Shown: positions 20,028 through 30,423, numbered from the stretch's first letter. The stretch is DNA of 64,000 nt from Acutalibacteraceae bacterium (GCA_963586665.1 CAVABC010000005.1:1781-65780); one strand, 5' to 3'. Translations and numbers: made by a program. Notes: generated by a model from the sequence alone, not told the origin.

Positions 20028-21171
20028 TTATCGCTGTTTTCAACCTCTTAAGTCCATCCTCTAAAACCGACCTCGGGCAGGCTGTATTTAATCTGACGAA
20101 ATATCTGCCGTTGCCACCATACTCGGCTCCATCGGAAATATATAAACCTGTTTTCTCCCTTATCATACGTGTAAATGCTACCGAATCATCTGTCAGGCTG
20201 CTGCAGTCAAGCCACATAAGATATGTGGCATCACCATCAACAACATGGATCTGTGGCAGTTCTTTTTCCACGAATTCACACACGCATTTTCTGTTTTCCC
20301 ACAGATAACTGCGCAGTTCTTCAAGCCACGGCTCACCCCTTGTAAATGCCGCAACTGCTGCTGTGATTGCAAATGCATTCGGCTCTGCTACCTCATCGGT
20401 ATTTAACGCTCTCCATACTTTATGCCGCAGGAACTTGTCCGGTACCATGACCGCTGCTGTCTGAAGTCCTGCCATGTTAAAGCACTTTGTCGGTGCGATG
20501 CAGGTAATGCTTATATCTGCACACTCCTGTGACGCTGATGCAAAAGGCACGTATGATTTCCCCGGTGCTGTTATATCGCAGTGTATCTCATCCGATATGA
20601 CTGTGACATTGTGCTTTTTGCACAGGGCACCTATCTTCTTTATCTCATCTTTTGTCCATATTATACCACAAGGATTGTGTGGATTGCAAAAAATCATTAA
20701 AGTTGTCTGCGGATTGGAAAGATCTTTTTCAAGCCTCTCATAATCCACAAAATATCTGCCGTTCCCGTATCCGAGAGGACTTTCGAGAACATTTACACCA
20801 TTATTGAATATTGAGTTGAAAAAAATATTGTATACAGGTGTCATGATGAGCACATTCTCGCCCGGTGTGGTCAGCTTTCTGACTGTAGACGATATAGCCG
20901 GGACAACACCTGTGCAGAATATCAGGCTGTCCTTTTCTATATCAAGGCCGTGGCGTCTTTTCCACCAGGACATATAGCTCTCATTCCACTCATCAGGAAT
21001 GATGGAATATCCGAACACTCCATGAGCAACGCGCTGTGATATGGCATCTATGATCTGTGGTGCGGTCTTAAAATCCATATCGGCAACCCACATCGGAAGC
21101 TCATTTTCCGCCACATCCCATTTGAGCGAGTCTGTATTTCTTCTGTCGATAACTTCATCAAAATCATACAT
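20020..21171 (-). CDS. patB: MalY/PatB-family PLP enzyme (cystathionine beta-lyase-like)
   Basis: LPMWVADMDF, CNPHNP, SDEIHCD, APTKCFN (PLP Lys). Confidence 0.9.
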   Translation of the reverse strand: MYDFDEVIDRRNTDSLKWDVAENELPMWVADMDFKTAPQIIDAISQRVAHGVFGYSIIPDEWNESYMSWWKRRHGLDIEKDSLIFCTGVVPAISSTVRKLTTPGENVLIMTPVYNIFFNSIFNNGVNVLESPLGYGNGRYFVDYERLEKDLSNPQTTLMIFCNPHNPCGIIWTKDEIKKIGALCKKHNVTVISDEIHCDITAPGKSYVPFASASQECADISITCIAPTKCFNMAGLQTAAVMVPDKFLRHKVWRALNTDEVAEPNAFAITAAVAAFTRGEPWLEELRSYLWENRKCVCEFVEKELPQIHVVDGDATYLMWLDCSSLTDDSVAFTRMIREKTGLYISDGAEYGGNGRYFVRLNTACPRSVLEDGLKRLKTAING

Positions 21172-21176
21172 AGCCT

Positions 21177-22028
21177 TTAGTTCCCCTCACAGATAATCTT
21201 TGTCTTTGACGGATCTACTTTGTCTTTTTCTATGGTAAGTGTACCGATCTCTTTTGCCCTTATCACTCCACTTGTAGGATTAAGCACACTGTCCACCTTG
21301 CTGCATATGTCAGCATCGACTGTAGAGTACTCAAATGCAAGAGTTGTGTTTATGAGCTTGCAGTTTTTCATCACGAGATTGTCGATATAGCAGAGTCCCT
21401 GAAGGCTCTCGATCGTGCAGTTAATAAGTGTAAGGTTCTTTGCATTCCAGCCAAGGTACTCACCTGTGATAAATGAGTCATACACCGTGACATTGTCCGT
21501 GTTCCAGAACGCATCCTTGGAGATGAGCTTTGAGTTGTGTACTTCAACGTTCTTACAGCCATCAAACGAATAGTTTCCGACAAGCTGGAAATTATTCATC
21601 TTAAGATTGTTTGTGTTCATGCCGAAATAGTCACCCTTGGCTGAGACATTTTCTATCTCTACATTGTCACAGCTCCAGAGTGTTTCCTGTGCATTCGGGA
21701 ATGTGACATTCTTAAGTGTAAGGCCGTTGCAACGTCTGAAATTCTTCGGTGCCTCTACTATAGAGTCTGTTACCAAGATATTGTCGGTGTACCATACTCC
21801 GGCACGTCCCATGTCAAACCACGTGCTGTTTTTTACTTCGATATTCTTACAATACCAAAGCGGGTATTTCCATCTGAAAAAACAGCCGTCAAGCATGATA
21901 TCATGGCTCTCCTTGAGCGGAGACTCGCCATCGTCAAAAATAGTGTCATATATATCGAGATTTTCACTCTTGAAAAGTGCTCTCTCTCCTGTCAGGAATT
22001 CCTGACGTATTTCTTTTCGTTCGTTCAT
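21177..22028 (-). CDS. DUF3737-family beta-helix protein
   Basis: GERALF, GESPLKE, WKYPLW, SKDAFW, GEYLGW; typical PatB neighbour. Confidence 0.85.
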   Translation of the reverse strand: MNERKEIRQEFLTGERALFKSENLDIYDTIFDDGESPLKESHDIMLDGCFFRWKYPLWYCKNIEVKNSTWFDMGRAGVWYTDNILVTDSIVEAPKNFRRCNGLTLKNVTFPNAQETLWSCDNVEIENVSAKGDYFGMNTNNLKMNNFQLVGNYSFDGCKNVEVHNSKLISKDAFWNTDNVTVYDSFITGEYLGWNAKNLTLINCTIESLQGLCYIDNLVMKNCKLINTTLAFEYSTVDADICSKVDSVLNPTSGVIRAKEIGTLTIEKDKVDPSKTKIICEGN

Positions 22029-22125
22029 TGTAAATCTAACCTCCTAGCAAACATTTTAATTATACTACTTTTCATATAAAAATGGTAGTACTTTAGGGAA
22101 GTTTTAGATTTCTAACTATTGCTGA

Positions 22126-23082
22126 TTAAAGCTCCAGTCCTTCCACTATCGATTTGAGTGAATCCGCTGATTCTTTGAGTTTTAATGCCTCTTCTCCGTT
22201 AAGCTCGATCGGGATATCGCTCTCCACTCCGTTTGCTCCGACTATGGCAGGCATTGAAAGTACTACTCCATCAATTCCGTACTGTCCGTGCATCATATGT
22301 GAAACAGGAAGTATTGACTTTTCATCGCGCATGATGACCTCACAGATACGTCTTACAGACATAGCGATTCCATAGTAGGTCGCATGCTTTTTGCTGATGA
22401 TCTCATATGCGCTGTTCTTTACATTTTCAGCGATCTCCTCAGTATTTTCTTTATGCTTGTAATGACCTCTCATCTCGCAGAATTTGTGAAGTTCAACACC
22501 TGATACATTGGCAGATGACCACGCCACAACCTCACTGTCACCGTGCTCTCCGACTATAAATGCATGTACGCTTCGGCTATCCACCTCAAGATGCTCGCCA
22601 AGCTCGTATTTAAGTCTTGCACTATCAAGCACTGTACCTGATCCGATAACACGCTCCTCCGGAAGTCCTGAAAGCTTCTGTGCTACCTGTGTGAGGATAT
22701 CAACAGGATTTGCCACGATAAGAAGAATTCCTCCAAAATTTCTCTGTGCGATCTCAGGAATTATGCTCTTAAAGATAGCAACATTCTTGTTTACGAGGTC
22801 AAGTCTTGTCTCTCCAGGCTTCTGTCCAGCACCGGCAGATACAATGATAATAGCTGCATCTGCAGCATCATCATAATCGCCTGCATAAATCTTCATATGG
22901 CTTGCAAATGGAATACCATGGCTTATATCCATAGCCTCTCCCTCTGCCTTATCCTTATCTGCATCTATAAGTACTATCTCCGAAAAAAGTCCACTCTGTA
23001 AAAGAGCAAAAACTGAGGCTGATCCAACGAAGCCACATCCTATCATTACAGCCTTTCTTGGGTTTGTCTTAACTTTTGTCAT
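22126..23082 (-). CDS. ldh: L-lactate dehydrogenase
   Basis: GCGFVG, QKPGETRLDL, NPVD, GEHGDS, ATYYGI. Confidence 0.95.
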   Translation of the reverse strand: MTKVKTNPRKAVMIGCGFVGSASVFALLQSGLFSEIVLIDADKDKAEGEAMDISHGIPFASHMKIYAGDYDDAADAAIIIVSAGAGQKPGETRLDLVNKNVAIFKSIIPEIAQRNFGGILLIVANPVDILTQVAQKLSGLPEERVIGSGTVLDSARLKYELGEHLEVDSRSVHAFIVGEHGDSEVVAWSSANVSGVELHKFCEMRGHYKHKENTEEIAENVKNSAYEIISKKHATYYGIAMSVRRICEVIMRDEKSILPVSHMMHGQYGIDGVVLSMPAIVGANGVESDIPIELNGEEALKLKESADSLKSIVEGLEL

Positions 23083-23223
23083 AAATTTTCCTCTCTTTCT
23101 TTTTTTCTAGTATACCCGCATTGTACTAAATGTTGTGTTGTCATAACAACAAATTACTTAAAAAAAAACAAAAAAAGCTACATTTTGCAGCTTCCTAATG
23201 TAAATTATGCTATTTTTTCTCGA

Positions 23224-23320
23224 TACACTACATCACCGAATAGCACACAGTTGTTCCGAAGAAAACATCCTACATCTTTCTAAGGAATACACTGTGTGCT
23301 ACTCCGGTGCTCATAGTGTA
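23224..23320. repeat. ~97-bp palindromic element related to the 33053 element
   Basis: TACACTA/TAGTGTA, CACCG/CGGTG, TAGCACACAG/CTGTGTGCTA, TTCC/GGAA nested arms. Confidence 0.75.
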
Positions 23321-23333
23321 AATTAAGTGTTTT

Positions 23334-25331
23334 TTACTTCCCGCTCTCATTTCTGTACTCAAGCGGTGTCATCCCATAAAGTTTCTTAAACTGCCTGTTG
23401 AAATGCTCCACATTCTGATATCCTGCCTCAAAAGCGATATTCTCAACAGTTGTGATACTGTTTCTAAGCAGTGTGCGGGCTTTTTTCATCTTGGCGTTTG
23501 TTACAAGCTCTCCAAAAGTCTTCCCTGACTTTTCTTTAATATACTTCGATATATACGGTTCCGTCAAGTGGAACTGTGCAGCCATGTCTGCGAGTGAGAC
23601 TGTCTTATAGTTTGCCTGAATGAAATTGAGCATTGCGATATAACGCTCATCCTTTACAAGGCTGTCTGTCTTTGTCTCGAGGAAATGGTTTACGGCAACC
23701 ACAAGCGCACTTATCGATGCCTTTATGATATCCTCATCCGTTCCTGCTCCCCAGAACATCTTGCCGCCTGCCGTGATACCGACATATGCCATGGCTTTTG
23801 AAGATGATCCGTGTGAAAGCGCATGCTCCTCGTAAACGGTAAGCTCAAAGCTGATATCAAAGTACTGCTTTACGATATTGCAGACCGCATCGAGACGTCC
23901 GTTTCCATTTGCATCGACCTTTCTTGTGCTGTCATTGTGCAGTATGACTGCCTCAGCAAATATACCGTTTACCTGCTTGAAATGGCATTCCGGTATGGTA
24001 AAATACGGATGGTAATCGAGATAATTATCTGTAAAGATGCTGTGTACCCACCCAGGTGACAGCTCTTTCTGTTCCTCATCAGAAACCTGTTTTACAAGGT
24101 ATCCTACCTGTTCTTTCATCTTGTCAGGGATGCTGATACCGAAGTTCTGCTTTAAAATATAGGCTACTCCACCCTTTCCTGACTGGCTGTTGATACGGAT
24201 AACATCTGCCTCGTAGGTTCTGCCGACATCTGTAGGATCGATAGGCAGATACGGAACTGACCACTTTTTGAGATGTTTTTCCTCTCTCCATGCCATGCCC
24301 TTTGAGATGGCATCCTGATGTGAACCTGAGAATGCAGAGAACACAAGATCTCCGGCATAAGGCTGTCTCTCATTTACTCGCATCTTTGTAAAACGCTCAT
24401 AATTTTCCCTGATATGAGGTATATCCGAAAAATCAAGCTGTGGATCAACACCGTGTGAGTAAAGGTTCATGGCAAGTGTCACGATATCGACATTTCCCGT
24501 TCTCTCGCCGTTTCCAAACAGTGTACCCTCTATCTCTTCTGCTCCTGCGAGCACTCCAAGCTCCGCTGTAGCCACTCCGCAGCCTCTGTCATTGTGAGGA
24601 TGCAGGCAGAGCACTACTCCGTCACGGTATTTAAGATGCTTGTTGATGTACTCAACCTGTGTTGCAAATACATGAGGCATTGCATTTTCCACTGTTGTAG
24701 GGATATTGATGATGGCTTTGTTGTCTGCCTTTGGCTGCCATACATCAAGCACTGCATTACATACCTCAACCGCATAATCCACTTCCGTGCCGGAAAAACT
24801 CTCCGGTGAATACTGGAAACAGAAATTGCCGTCTGTCTCAGCCGCAAGCTCATTTAAAAGCTTTGCTCCTTCAACTGCGAGCTTTTTGATCTCATCCTTT
24901 GACTTCTTAAACACCTGCTCACGCTGTGCGACCGATGTGGAATTGTAAAGATGTACTACCGCCCTCGGTGCTCCCTCGAGTGCAGCAAAGGTCTTTCTTA
25001 TGATATGCTCTCTCGCCTGTGTGAGCACATGGATAGTGACATCATCAGGTATCATGTCGCGCTCGATCAAAGCTCTTGCAAAATTGTACTCTGTCTCAGA
25101 TGCAGCAGGGAAACCTACCTCGATCTCCTTGAAGCCTATATCTACAAGCATCTGGAAAAACTCAAGCTTCTCCTCAAGGTTCATTGGCTCGATAAGCGCC
25201 TGATTGCCATCACGCAGATCTACCGAGCACCACAGCGGTGCCTTGTCTATATAATCTTTCTTAACCCAGTCATATGTACATTCCGGTGGCATAAAATATG
25301 CGCGCTCATACTTTTCATATCCTTTCATCAC
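23334..25331 (-). CDS. leuA: 2-isopropylmalate synthase (LeuA type 2) fused to a C-terminal AraC-type HTH
   Basis: DLRDGNQAL, YSPESF, HPHNDRG, GNGERTGN, allosteric domain (GNGRLDA, YEEHAL); last ~105 aa AraC double HTH (LADMAAQFHLTEPYIS..GYQNVEHFNRQFKKLYGMTPLEYR). Confidence 0.93.
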   Translation of the reverse strand: MMKGYEKYERAYFMPPECTYDWVKKDYIDKAPLWCSVDLRDGNQALIEPMNLEEKLEFFQMLVDIGFKEIEVGFPAASETEYNFARALIERDMIPDDVTIHVLTQAREHIIRKTFAALEGAPRAVVHLYNSTSVAQREQVFKKSKDEIKKLAVEGAKLLNELAAETDGNFCFQYSPESFSGTEVDYAVEVCNAVLDVWQPKADNKAIINIPTTVENAMPHVFATQVEYINKHLKYRDGVVLCLHPHNDRGCGVATAELGVLAGAEEIEGTLFGNGERTGNVDIVTLAMNLYSHGVDPQLDFSDIPHIRENYERFTKMRVNERQPYAGDLVFSAFSGSHQDAISKGMAWREEKHLKKWSVPYLPIDPTDVGRTYEADVIRINSQSGKGGVAYILKQNFGISIPDKMKEQVGYLVKQVSDEEQKELSPGWVHSIFTDNYLDYHPYFTIPECHFKQVNGIFAEAVILHNDSTRKVDANGNGRLDAVCNIVKQYFDISFELTVYEEHALSHGSSSKAMAYVGITAGGKMFWGAGTDEDIIKASISALVVAVNHFLETKTDSLVKDERYIAMLNFIQANYKTVSLADMAAQFHLTEPYISKYIKEKSGKTFGELVTNAKMKKARTLLRNSITTVENIAFEAGYQNVEHFNRQFKKLYGMTPLEYRNESGK

Positions 25332-25474
25332 AAAAACCTCTTTTCTAAATAACGATAGGACTATGTTAGCAGATAAGCGCGCTTATTTGAATGATTATAT
25401 TTAATCACTTTTATTGATGTTTTTTAATATTTATCAAATTATTCATCAACCAGGTTGATATTCATTAATCTGTA

Positions 25475-26362
25475 TTAGTCTTCTCTCTTCTTTCCCCAGA
25501 AGAAAAGTGCGACTGTTCCCGGACCCGTATGGCTTCCGATCGTGGTTCCGATGTCGTCTATCTCCACCTTGCCGTTCATCTTTGGAAAAGCAGCCTCTAT
25601 AAGATCTGCCACAGCCTTTGCATCCTCATAACATGCCGAATTGGATATATATACTTTTTCGCTGTAATCTGCTCCATCCTTGCAAAGCTCCTGCATCTTT
25701 ACGAGCATTTCCTTTATGGCCTTTTTCTTTGTACGGATCTTGTCGCGCACGATCAGCTCACCCTTGTAGCTGACATTTAAAAACGGACATATATTGAGCA
25801 CTCCGCCGATAAAGCCTGCCGTCTTTGATACACGGCCTCCCCTGATGAAAAATGTAAGATCGGATGAGAAGAACCAGTGATTTACCTCAAGCTTGTGCTC
25901 CTGCGTCCACGCTGCAAGAGCATCGATATCCATACCCGAGTCGCGAAGATCAGCCAGCTTATCCATAAGGAGTCCAAAACCCGATGATGCCGCAAGTGAG
26001 TCTATCACATATATCTTTCTGTCAGGATATTCCTCCTCCAAAGCCTCCTTTGCAAGTCTGGCTGAGTTTACGGTACCTGAGATTCCTGAGCTTAATGAGC
26101 AGTGCAGCACATCTTTTCCCTCATCGAGAAACTGTCTGAAATAATCCATGTACTCGCTCTGGTTGATCTGTGAAGTCTTTGTCATGGCTCCGTTTTCCAT
26201 AGCCTTGTAAAAATCCGGAAGCGACATGGACACTCCCAGATCATCGAGATATTCCTTGCCGTCAAGCTCATAGTGGAAGCATGCGTATTTTATATCTCTT
26301 GCCTCCATATGCTCTTTTGTAAGGTCTGCCGTTGAACAGCAGCTGATCACATAATCTGCCAT
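25475..26362 (-). CDS. DegV-family fatty-acid-binding protein
   Basis: STADL, KTSQ, LSSGISGT, DSLAASSG, GGRVS, SHTGPG. Confidence 0.92.
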   Translation of the reverse strand: MADYVISCCSTADLTKEHMEARDIKYACFHYELDGKEYLDDLGVSMSLPDFYKAMENGAMTKTSQINQSEYMDYFRQFLDEGKDVLHCSLSSGISGTVNSARLAKEALEEEYPDRKIYVIDSLAASSGFGLLMDKLADLRDSGMDIDALAAWTQEHKLEVNHWFFSSDLTFFIRGGRVSKTAGFIGGVLNICPFLNVSYKGELIVRDKIRTKKKAIKEMLVKMQELCKDGADYSEKVYISNSACYEDAKAVADLIEAAFPKMNGKVEIDDIGTTIGSHTGPGTVALFFWGKKRED

Positions 26363-26385
26363 AATATATCTGTATTCCTTTCCAT

Positions 26386-27273
26386 TTATTTCATAAATTC
26401 ATCCTGCTGATAGTTGTTTACTATATGATTATACATGGTTCTTACCGCCGGCGCCACAAAATCCTTATTTAAAATTGCAATTCCTATTATACGGCTTGCA
26501 TCCGGACGCAGTCTGTATGTATCCACATCATATGGTATATCGTGCATGACAAGCTCCGGCATAAGGCATATTCCAAAGCCTTTTTCCACGAGACGGACCG
26601 TAGAAAGGTCATCTACCACATGATATCTCGACTGTATATTAAGCTTGTTCTCCCTCAGATAATTCTGTATATCCGCATCTGTACTCTCACGCTGTGTAAC
26701 AAACTGCATATCCCTCATATCGTCTATATCCATATAGTCGGCACTTCCACGTTTTTGCATACCCTTTGGCAGCACACAAAGCAGTGGGTCGCGGTAAAGC
26801 GGCTCTATAGGAATATCCTTTGCGCTGGACAATGACAGAAATCCCAGATCCACGACACCGGTCTTGATCCAGTCTGCGACATCATCATATGTGCCCTGAT
26901 ATACCTCTATGCTTACATTTTTGTATTTTTCCTTGAAAGAACTCATGATATCCGGCAGCCAGCTCGTACACACACTAGAAAAAACTCCGATCTTTACAGT
27001 TCCCATTGCCAGACCATTCATATCCGCAACCATCTGGTGCAGGCTCTCGTCACTGTTTAGCACTGCATTGATATACGGCAGCAGATCGGCTCCATTACTT
27101 GTGAGCGTGATACCCGATTTGCTTCGGATAAGCACTGCAAATCCAAGTTCTTTTTCCATATTTGTGATCGCATGGCTTATAGCCGATGGTGTTAAACCCA
27201 AAATATCGGCAGCCTTGTGGAAGCTGCCGATATCTGCAACAGTTTTAAACACCTGATAAGTTAAAAGCGTCAT
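26386..27273 (-). CDS. LysR-family transcriptional regulator
   Basis: GSFHKAADILGLTPSAISHAITNMEKELGF HTH plus substrate-binding domain. Confidence 0.92.
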   Translation of the reverse strand: MTLLTYQVFKTVADIGSFHKAADILGLTPSAISHAITNMEKELGFAVLIRSKSGITLTSNGADLLPYINAVLNSDESLHQMVADMNGLAMGTVKIGVFSSVCTSWLPDIMSSFKEKYKNVSIEVYQGTYDDVADWIKTGVVDLGFLSLSSAKDIPIEPLYRDPLLCVLPKGMQKRGSADYMDIDDMRDMQFVTQRESTDADIQNYLRENKLNIQSRYHVVDDLSTVRLVEKGFGICLMPELVMHDIPYDVDTYRLRPDASRIIGIAILNKDFVAPAVRTMYNHIVNNYQQDEFMK

Positions 27274-27279
27274 ATACTG

Positions 27280-28224
27280 TTATCCTCTTGCACATTTGTA
27301 TAATAGATCTTCCCATCTTCTGTCCACCTCTGCCTGGAACTGCTCAATCAAATGCTCGTTTCCCGGCTTGAACAGATGTTTAAATCTGCCCTGTGGCTTT
27401 AAGAAATCCTCGATAGGAAGCTTCTTCTTTGGCTCGTATGTAAGTTTCCATTTACCGTGGTCTACCTCAAACATCGGCCAGTAACAAGTTTCTACCGCAA
27501 GCTTGCAGATCTTCATGATATCCGGAGTGTCGTATCTCCAGCCTCTCGGGCATGGTGTCATGATATTGAGGAAACATGCGCCCTCTGTGTAGATCGCCTT
27601 GTGGGCTTTTGTGTGAAGATCCTTAAAATCATTTGTAAAGGTAGTCTGTGCCACATATGGTACGTCATGATCTGCGATGATGCTCGCAAGATCTTTGCGG
27701 TTCTGCATTTTACCTTTGGACTGTGAGCCTACAGGTGTGGTTGTCGTATCGGCGTACATAGGTGTGGCTGATGAACGCTGGATTCCGGTATTCATGTATG
27801 CACCGTTGTCATAGCAGACATATACCATGTCATGTCCTCTCTCCATAGCTCCTGAGAGTGACTGGAAACCAATATCATATGTACCACCGTCTCCACCGAA
27901 GGTGATGAATTTGTAGTTTACATCCTCAGGTATCTTTCCTTTTTTCTTAAGCACCCTGTATGCTGTCTCAACACCTGAAAGTGTAGCTCCGGCATTCTCG
28001 AATGCATTATGGATGTAGCTGTCCTCCCACGCGCTATATGGGTACATGAAAGATGATACCTCAAGACAGCCTGTGGCATTTCCTATTACCGCGTGATCGT
28101 TCTCGTCAAGCGCACGAAGCACGGCTCTTACTCCGATAGTAGCTCCGCAGCCTGCACACATACGGTGTCCCGGTGCCAGACGCTCCGGTTTATTCATAAC
28201 TTCTTTTAAGCTGTAGTTGTTCAT
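27280..28224 (-). CDS. porB: Pyruvate/2-oxoacid:ferredoxin oxidoreductase beta subunit
   Basis: CAGCG, TPP motif GGDG...DNGAYMNTG, PCPRGW. Confidence 0.92.
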   Translation of the reverse strand: MNNYSLKEVMNKPERLAPGHRMCAGCGATIGVRAVLRALDENDHAVIGNATGCLEVSSFMYPYSAWEDSYIHNAFENAGATLSGVETAYRVLKKKGKIPEDVNYKFITFGGDGGTYDIGFQSLSGAMERGHDMVYVCYDNGAYMNTGIQRSSATPMYADTTTTPVGSQSKGKMQNRKDLASIIADHDVPYVAQTTFTNDFKDLHTKAHKAIYTEGACFLNIMTPCPRGWRYDTPDIMKICKLAVETCYWPMFEVDHGKWKLTYEPKKKLPIEDFLKPQGRFKHLFKPGNEHLIEQFQAEVDRRWEDLLYKCARG

Positions 28225-28262
28225 ATCTGTTTATCTCCTGCCTGTAAATCATATAAATCATA

Positions 28263-29444
28263 TTATTCTCTGAGTCCGATATACTTAAACTGCTCGATCT
28301 CTTTGTCATTTTCTACCGCATCTTTAATCTCTGCAAAAATATCATATACTTCGTTTACGGTAAAATCCCTTCCTGCAAGACCATATATATAATTTACTGC
28401 AGTTATCATTACCTTGCTTCTGAAAAGTCCTGCCATTACCTCACTGCCGAGTGGACCTCCGTTGCCGTTGTAGCTCTCGCATCTGTCCATGATGGCAACA
28501 GCTTTTGCATGCTTCATAGCCTCTGCCAGTTCCTTTGCTGGAAACGGGCGGAATACTCTTAGCTTTATGACTCCAACTTTTTGTCCCTTTGCTCTTAAAT
28601 CATCCACTGCCTGTTTTGCAGTTCCCGCTGCTGAACCGATAAGAAGCATGATATAGTCTGCACCCTTTGTGCGGTACTCCTCAAAGAGTCCGTATTTTCT
28701 GCCGGAGAGCTTTGCAAATTTCTCTGCCACCTCAAGGATCACTTCCTTTGAATTCTCAAGGGCGATCTCCTGATTTTTCTTTGCCTCCATGGCATAATTT
28801 GATACTGAATAAGGGCCGACTGCGATAGGTTTTCCCGGATTTAGAAGGTATTCCTCAGGGTTGTATTCACCAACGAAATCTTTTACCTCCTGATCCTCCA
28901 AAAGCTCGATATTCATAACGGCATGGCTTGTGATAAATCCGTCCTGACATATCATGATAGGCAGATGGACTCTCGGATCTTCTGCGATAGGATAAGCCTG
29001 TATGAAGTTGTCATATGCCTCCTGATTGCTCTCTGCATATATCTGTATCCAGCCTGTATCTCTGGCTCCCATTCCGTCCGAATGGTCACAGTTGATATTG
29101 ATAGGACCTGAAAGTGTACGGTTTACAAGTGTAAGTGCGCATGGCATACGGTTGCTGGCTGCAAGTAAAAGCTCCTCCCACATAAGGGCAAGTCCTGCCG
29201 ATGAGGTGGCTGTAAGGCTTCTTGCTCCTGCGGCCTCTGCTCCGATCGTTGCCGACATGGATGAATGTTCACTCTCTACAGGGATGAACTCTGTATCCAT
29301 CTGTCCGTTTGCTATGTATGTAGAGACCATCTGTGGTATCTCTGTCGAAGGTGTGATAGGGAATGCCGGCATTACGTCAGGATTTACCTGTTTGATAGCG
29401 TATGCCACTGCCTCGTTTCCTGATAAACGGTCTTTTCTTGCCAT
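28263..29444 (-). CDS. porA: Pyruvate/2-oxoacid:ferredoxin oxidoreductase alpha subunit
   Basis: GNEAVA, FPITPS, VESEH, TATSSAGL, FRPFP. Confidence 0.92.
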   Translation of the reverse strand: MARKDRLSGNEAVAYAIKQVNPDVMPAFPITPSTEIPQMVSTYIANGQMDTEFIPVESEHSSMSATIGAEAAGARSLTATSSAGLALMWEELLLAASNRMPCALTLVNRTLSGPININCDHSDGMGARDTGWIQIYAESNQEAYDNFIQAYPIAEDPRVHLPIMICQDGFITSHAVMNIELLEDQEVKDFVGEYNPEEYLLNPGKPIAVGPYSVSNYAMEAKKNQEIALENSKEVILEVAEKFAKLSGRKYGLFEEYRTKGADYIMLLIGSAAGTAKQAVDDLRAKGQKVGVIKLRVFRPFPAKELAEAMKHAKAVAIMDRCESYNGNGGPLGSEVMAGLFRSKVMITAVNYIYGLAGRDFTVNEVYDIFAEIKDAVENDKEIEQFKYIGLRE

Positions 29445-29445
29445 C

Positions 29446-29748
29446 TTATTTACCCTCCTTCATCTCGATTGCCCCAAACGGACATACGTTTGCACATATA
29501 CCACAGCCCTTGCAATGGTCATAGTCAAATTCTGCTCTCTTGCTGTCTGCTACCGGAATAGACGCATCCGGGCATACAGGTGCGCAAAGGAGGCACTGTT
29601 TACATAAATCTGCGTGAAATACAGGTGTGTTTGTTCTCCACTCTCCTGTGTTGAACTGCTTTGATGTTCCTGCTGCAAAAAGCATTAAACCTTCTGTCAG
29701 CTCCTGATGAGGTGTCTGCTCATTAATCTTTGTTATATCTGTTCTCAT
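29446..29748 (-). CDS. porD: PFOR delta subunit (2x[4Fe-4S])
   Basis: TGEWR; CxxCxxCxxxCP twice. Confidence 0.9.
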   Translation of the reverse strand: MRTDITKINEQTPHQELTEGLMLFAAGTSKQFNTGEWRTNTPVFHADLCKQCLLCAPVCPDASIPVADSKRAEFDYDHCKGCGICANVCPFGAIEMKEGK

Positions 29749-29817
29749 AGTGTAAATTCTCTCTTAACTGCCTGTTGCAGTTACATTCTTTCTTAATAAT
29801 TCTGTAAATAAAAATCC

Positions 29818-30423
29818 TTATGCACAAAGCGGCTTGGCATCTGCCAGATCATCCGCAAGTGCCTCAAGTGTCATGGTAAGTGCTTTCATATTGCCATCTA
29901 TTACCTCAGGCTTTTTAGCGAATTTGTGCTGGTATGAAGCTCTCATCTCATGGATGAACTTGTCCTGATCCATCACTCCGCTTACCGCTACTGCGGCTGC
30001 AAGCATTGGTGAGTTAGGGAAGTATTTGCCGAGTGCCTCCTGTGATATGGTTCTTGCATCAACTGTGTATACAGCACCCTTGTAGCCCTTTAAGTGAGGT
30101 ATGATCTCCTCCTTTGACTTTGCTGTATTTACAATGATAGCTCCGTCTTCCTTAAGACCTGCTGTTACATCAACAGACTCTAAAAGTGTCTCATCTACCA
30201 CAACCACCAGATCAGGTGTGTATATATTTGAATGAACCCTGATCTCATCTGCGCTAATCCTGTTGTATGCAGTAATAGGTGCGCCCATTCTCTCAGGTCC
30301 GTACTCCGGGAAACCCTGTACATATGCGCCTGTTTTAAAAGCTACGTCAGCTAAAAGAAGTGCCGCCGTCTTTGCTCCCTGACCGCCTCTTCCATGCCAT
30401 CTGATTTCAATTCCATGGTTCAT
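29818..30423 (-). CDS. porC: PFOR gamma subunit
   Basis: HGRGGQG, YGPERMGAP. Confidence 0.9.
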   Translation of the reverse strand: MNHGIEIRWHGRGGQGAKTAALLLADVAFKTGAYVQGFPEYGPERMGAPITAYNRISADEIRVHSNIYTPDLVVVVDETLLESVDVTAGLKEDGAIIVNTAKSKEEIIPHLKGYKGAVYTVDARTISQEALGKYFPNSPMLAAAVAVSGVMDQDKFIHEMRASYQHKFAKKPEVIDGNMKALTMTLEALADDLADAKPLCA

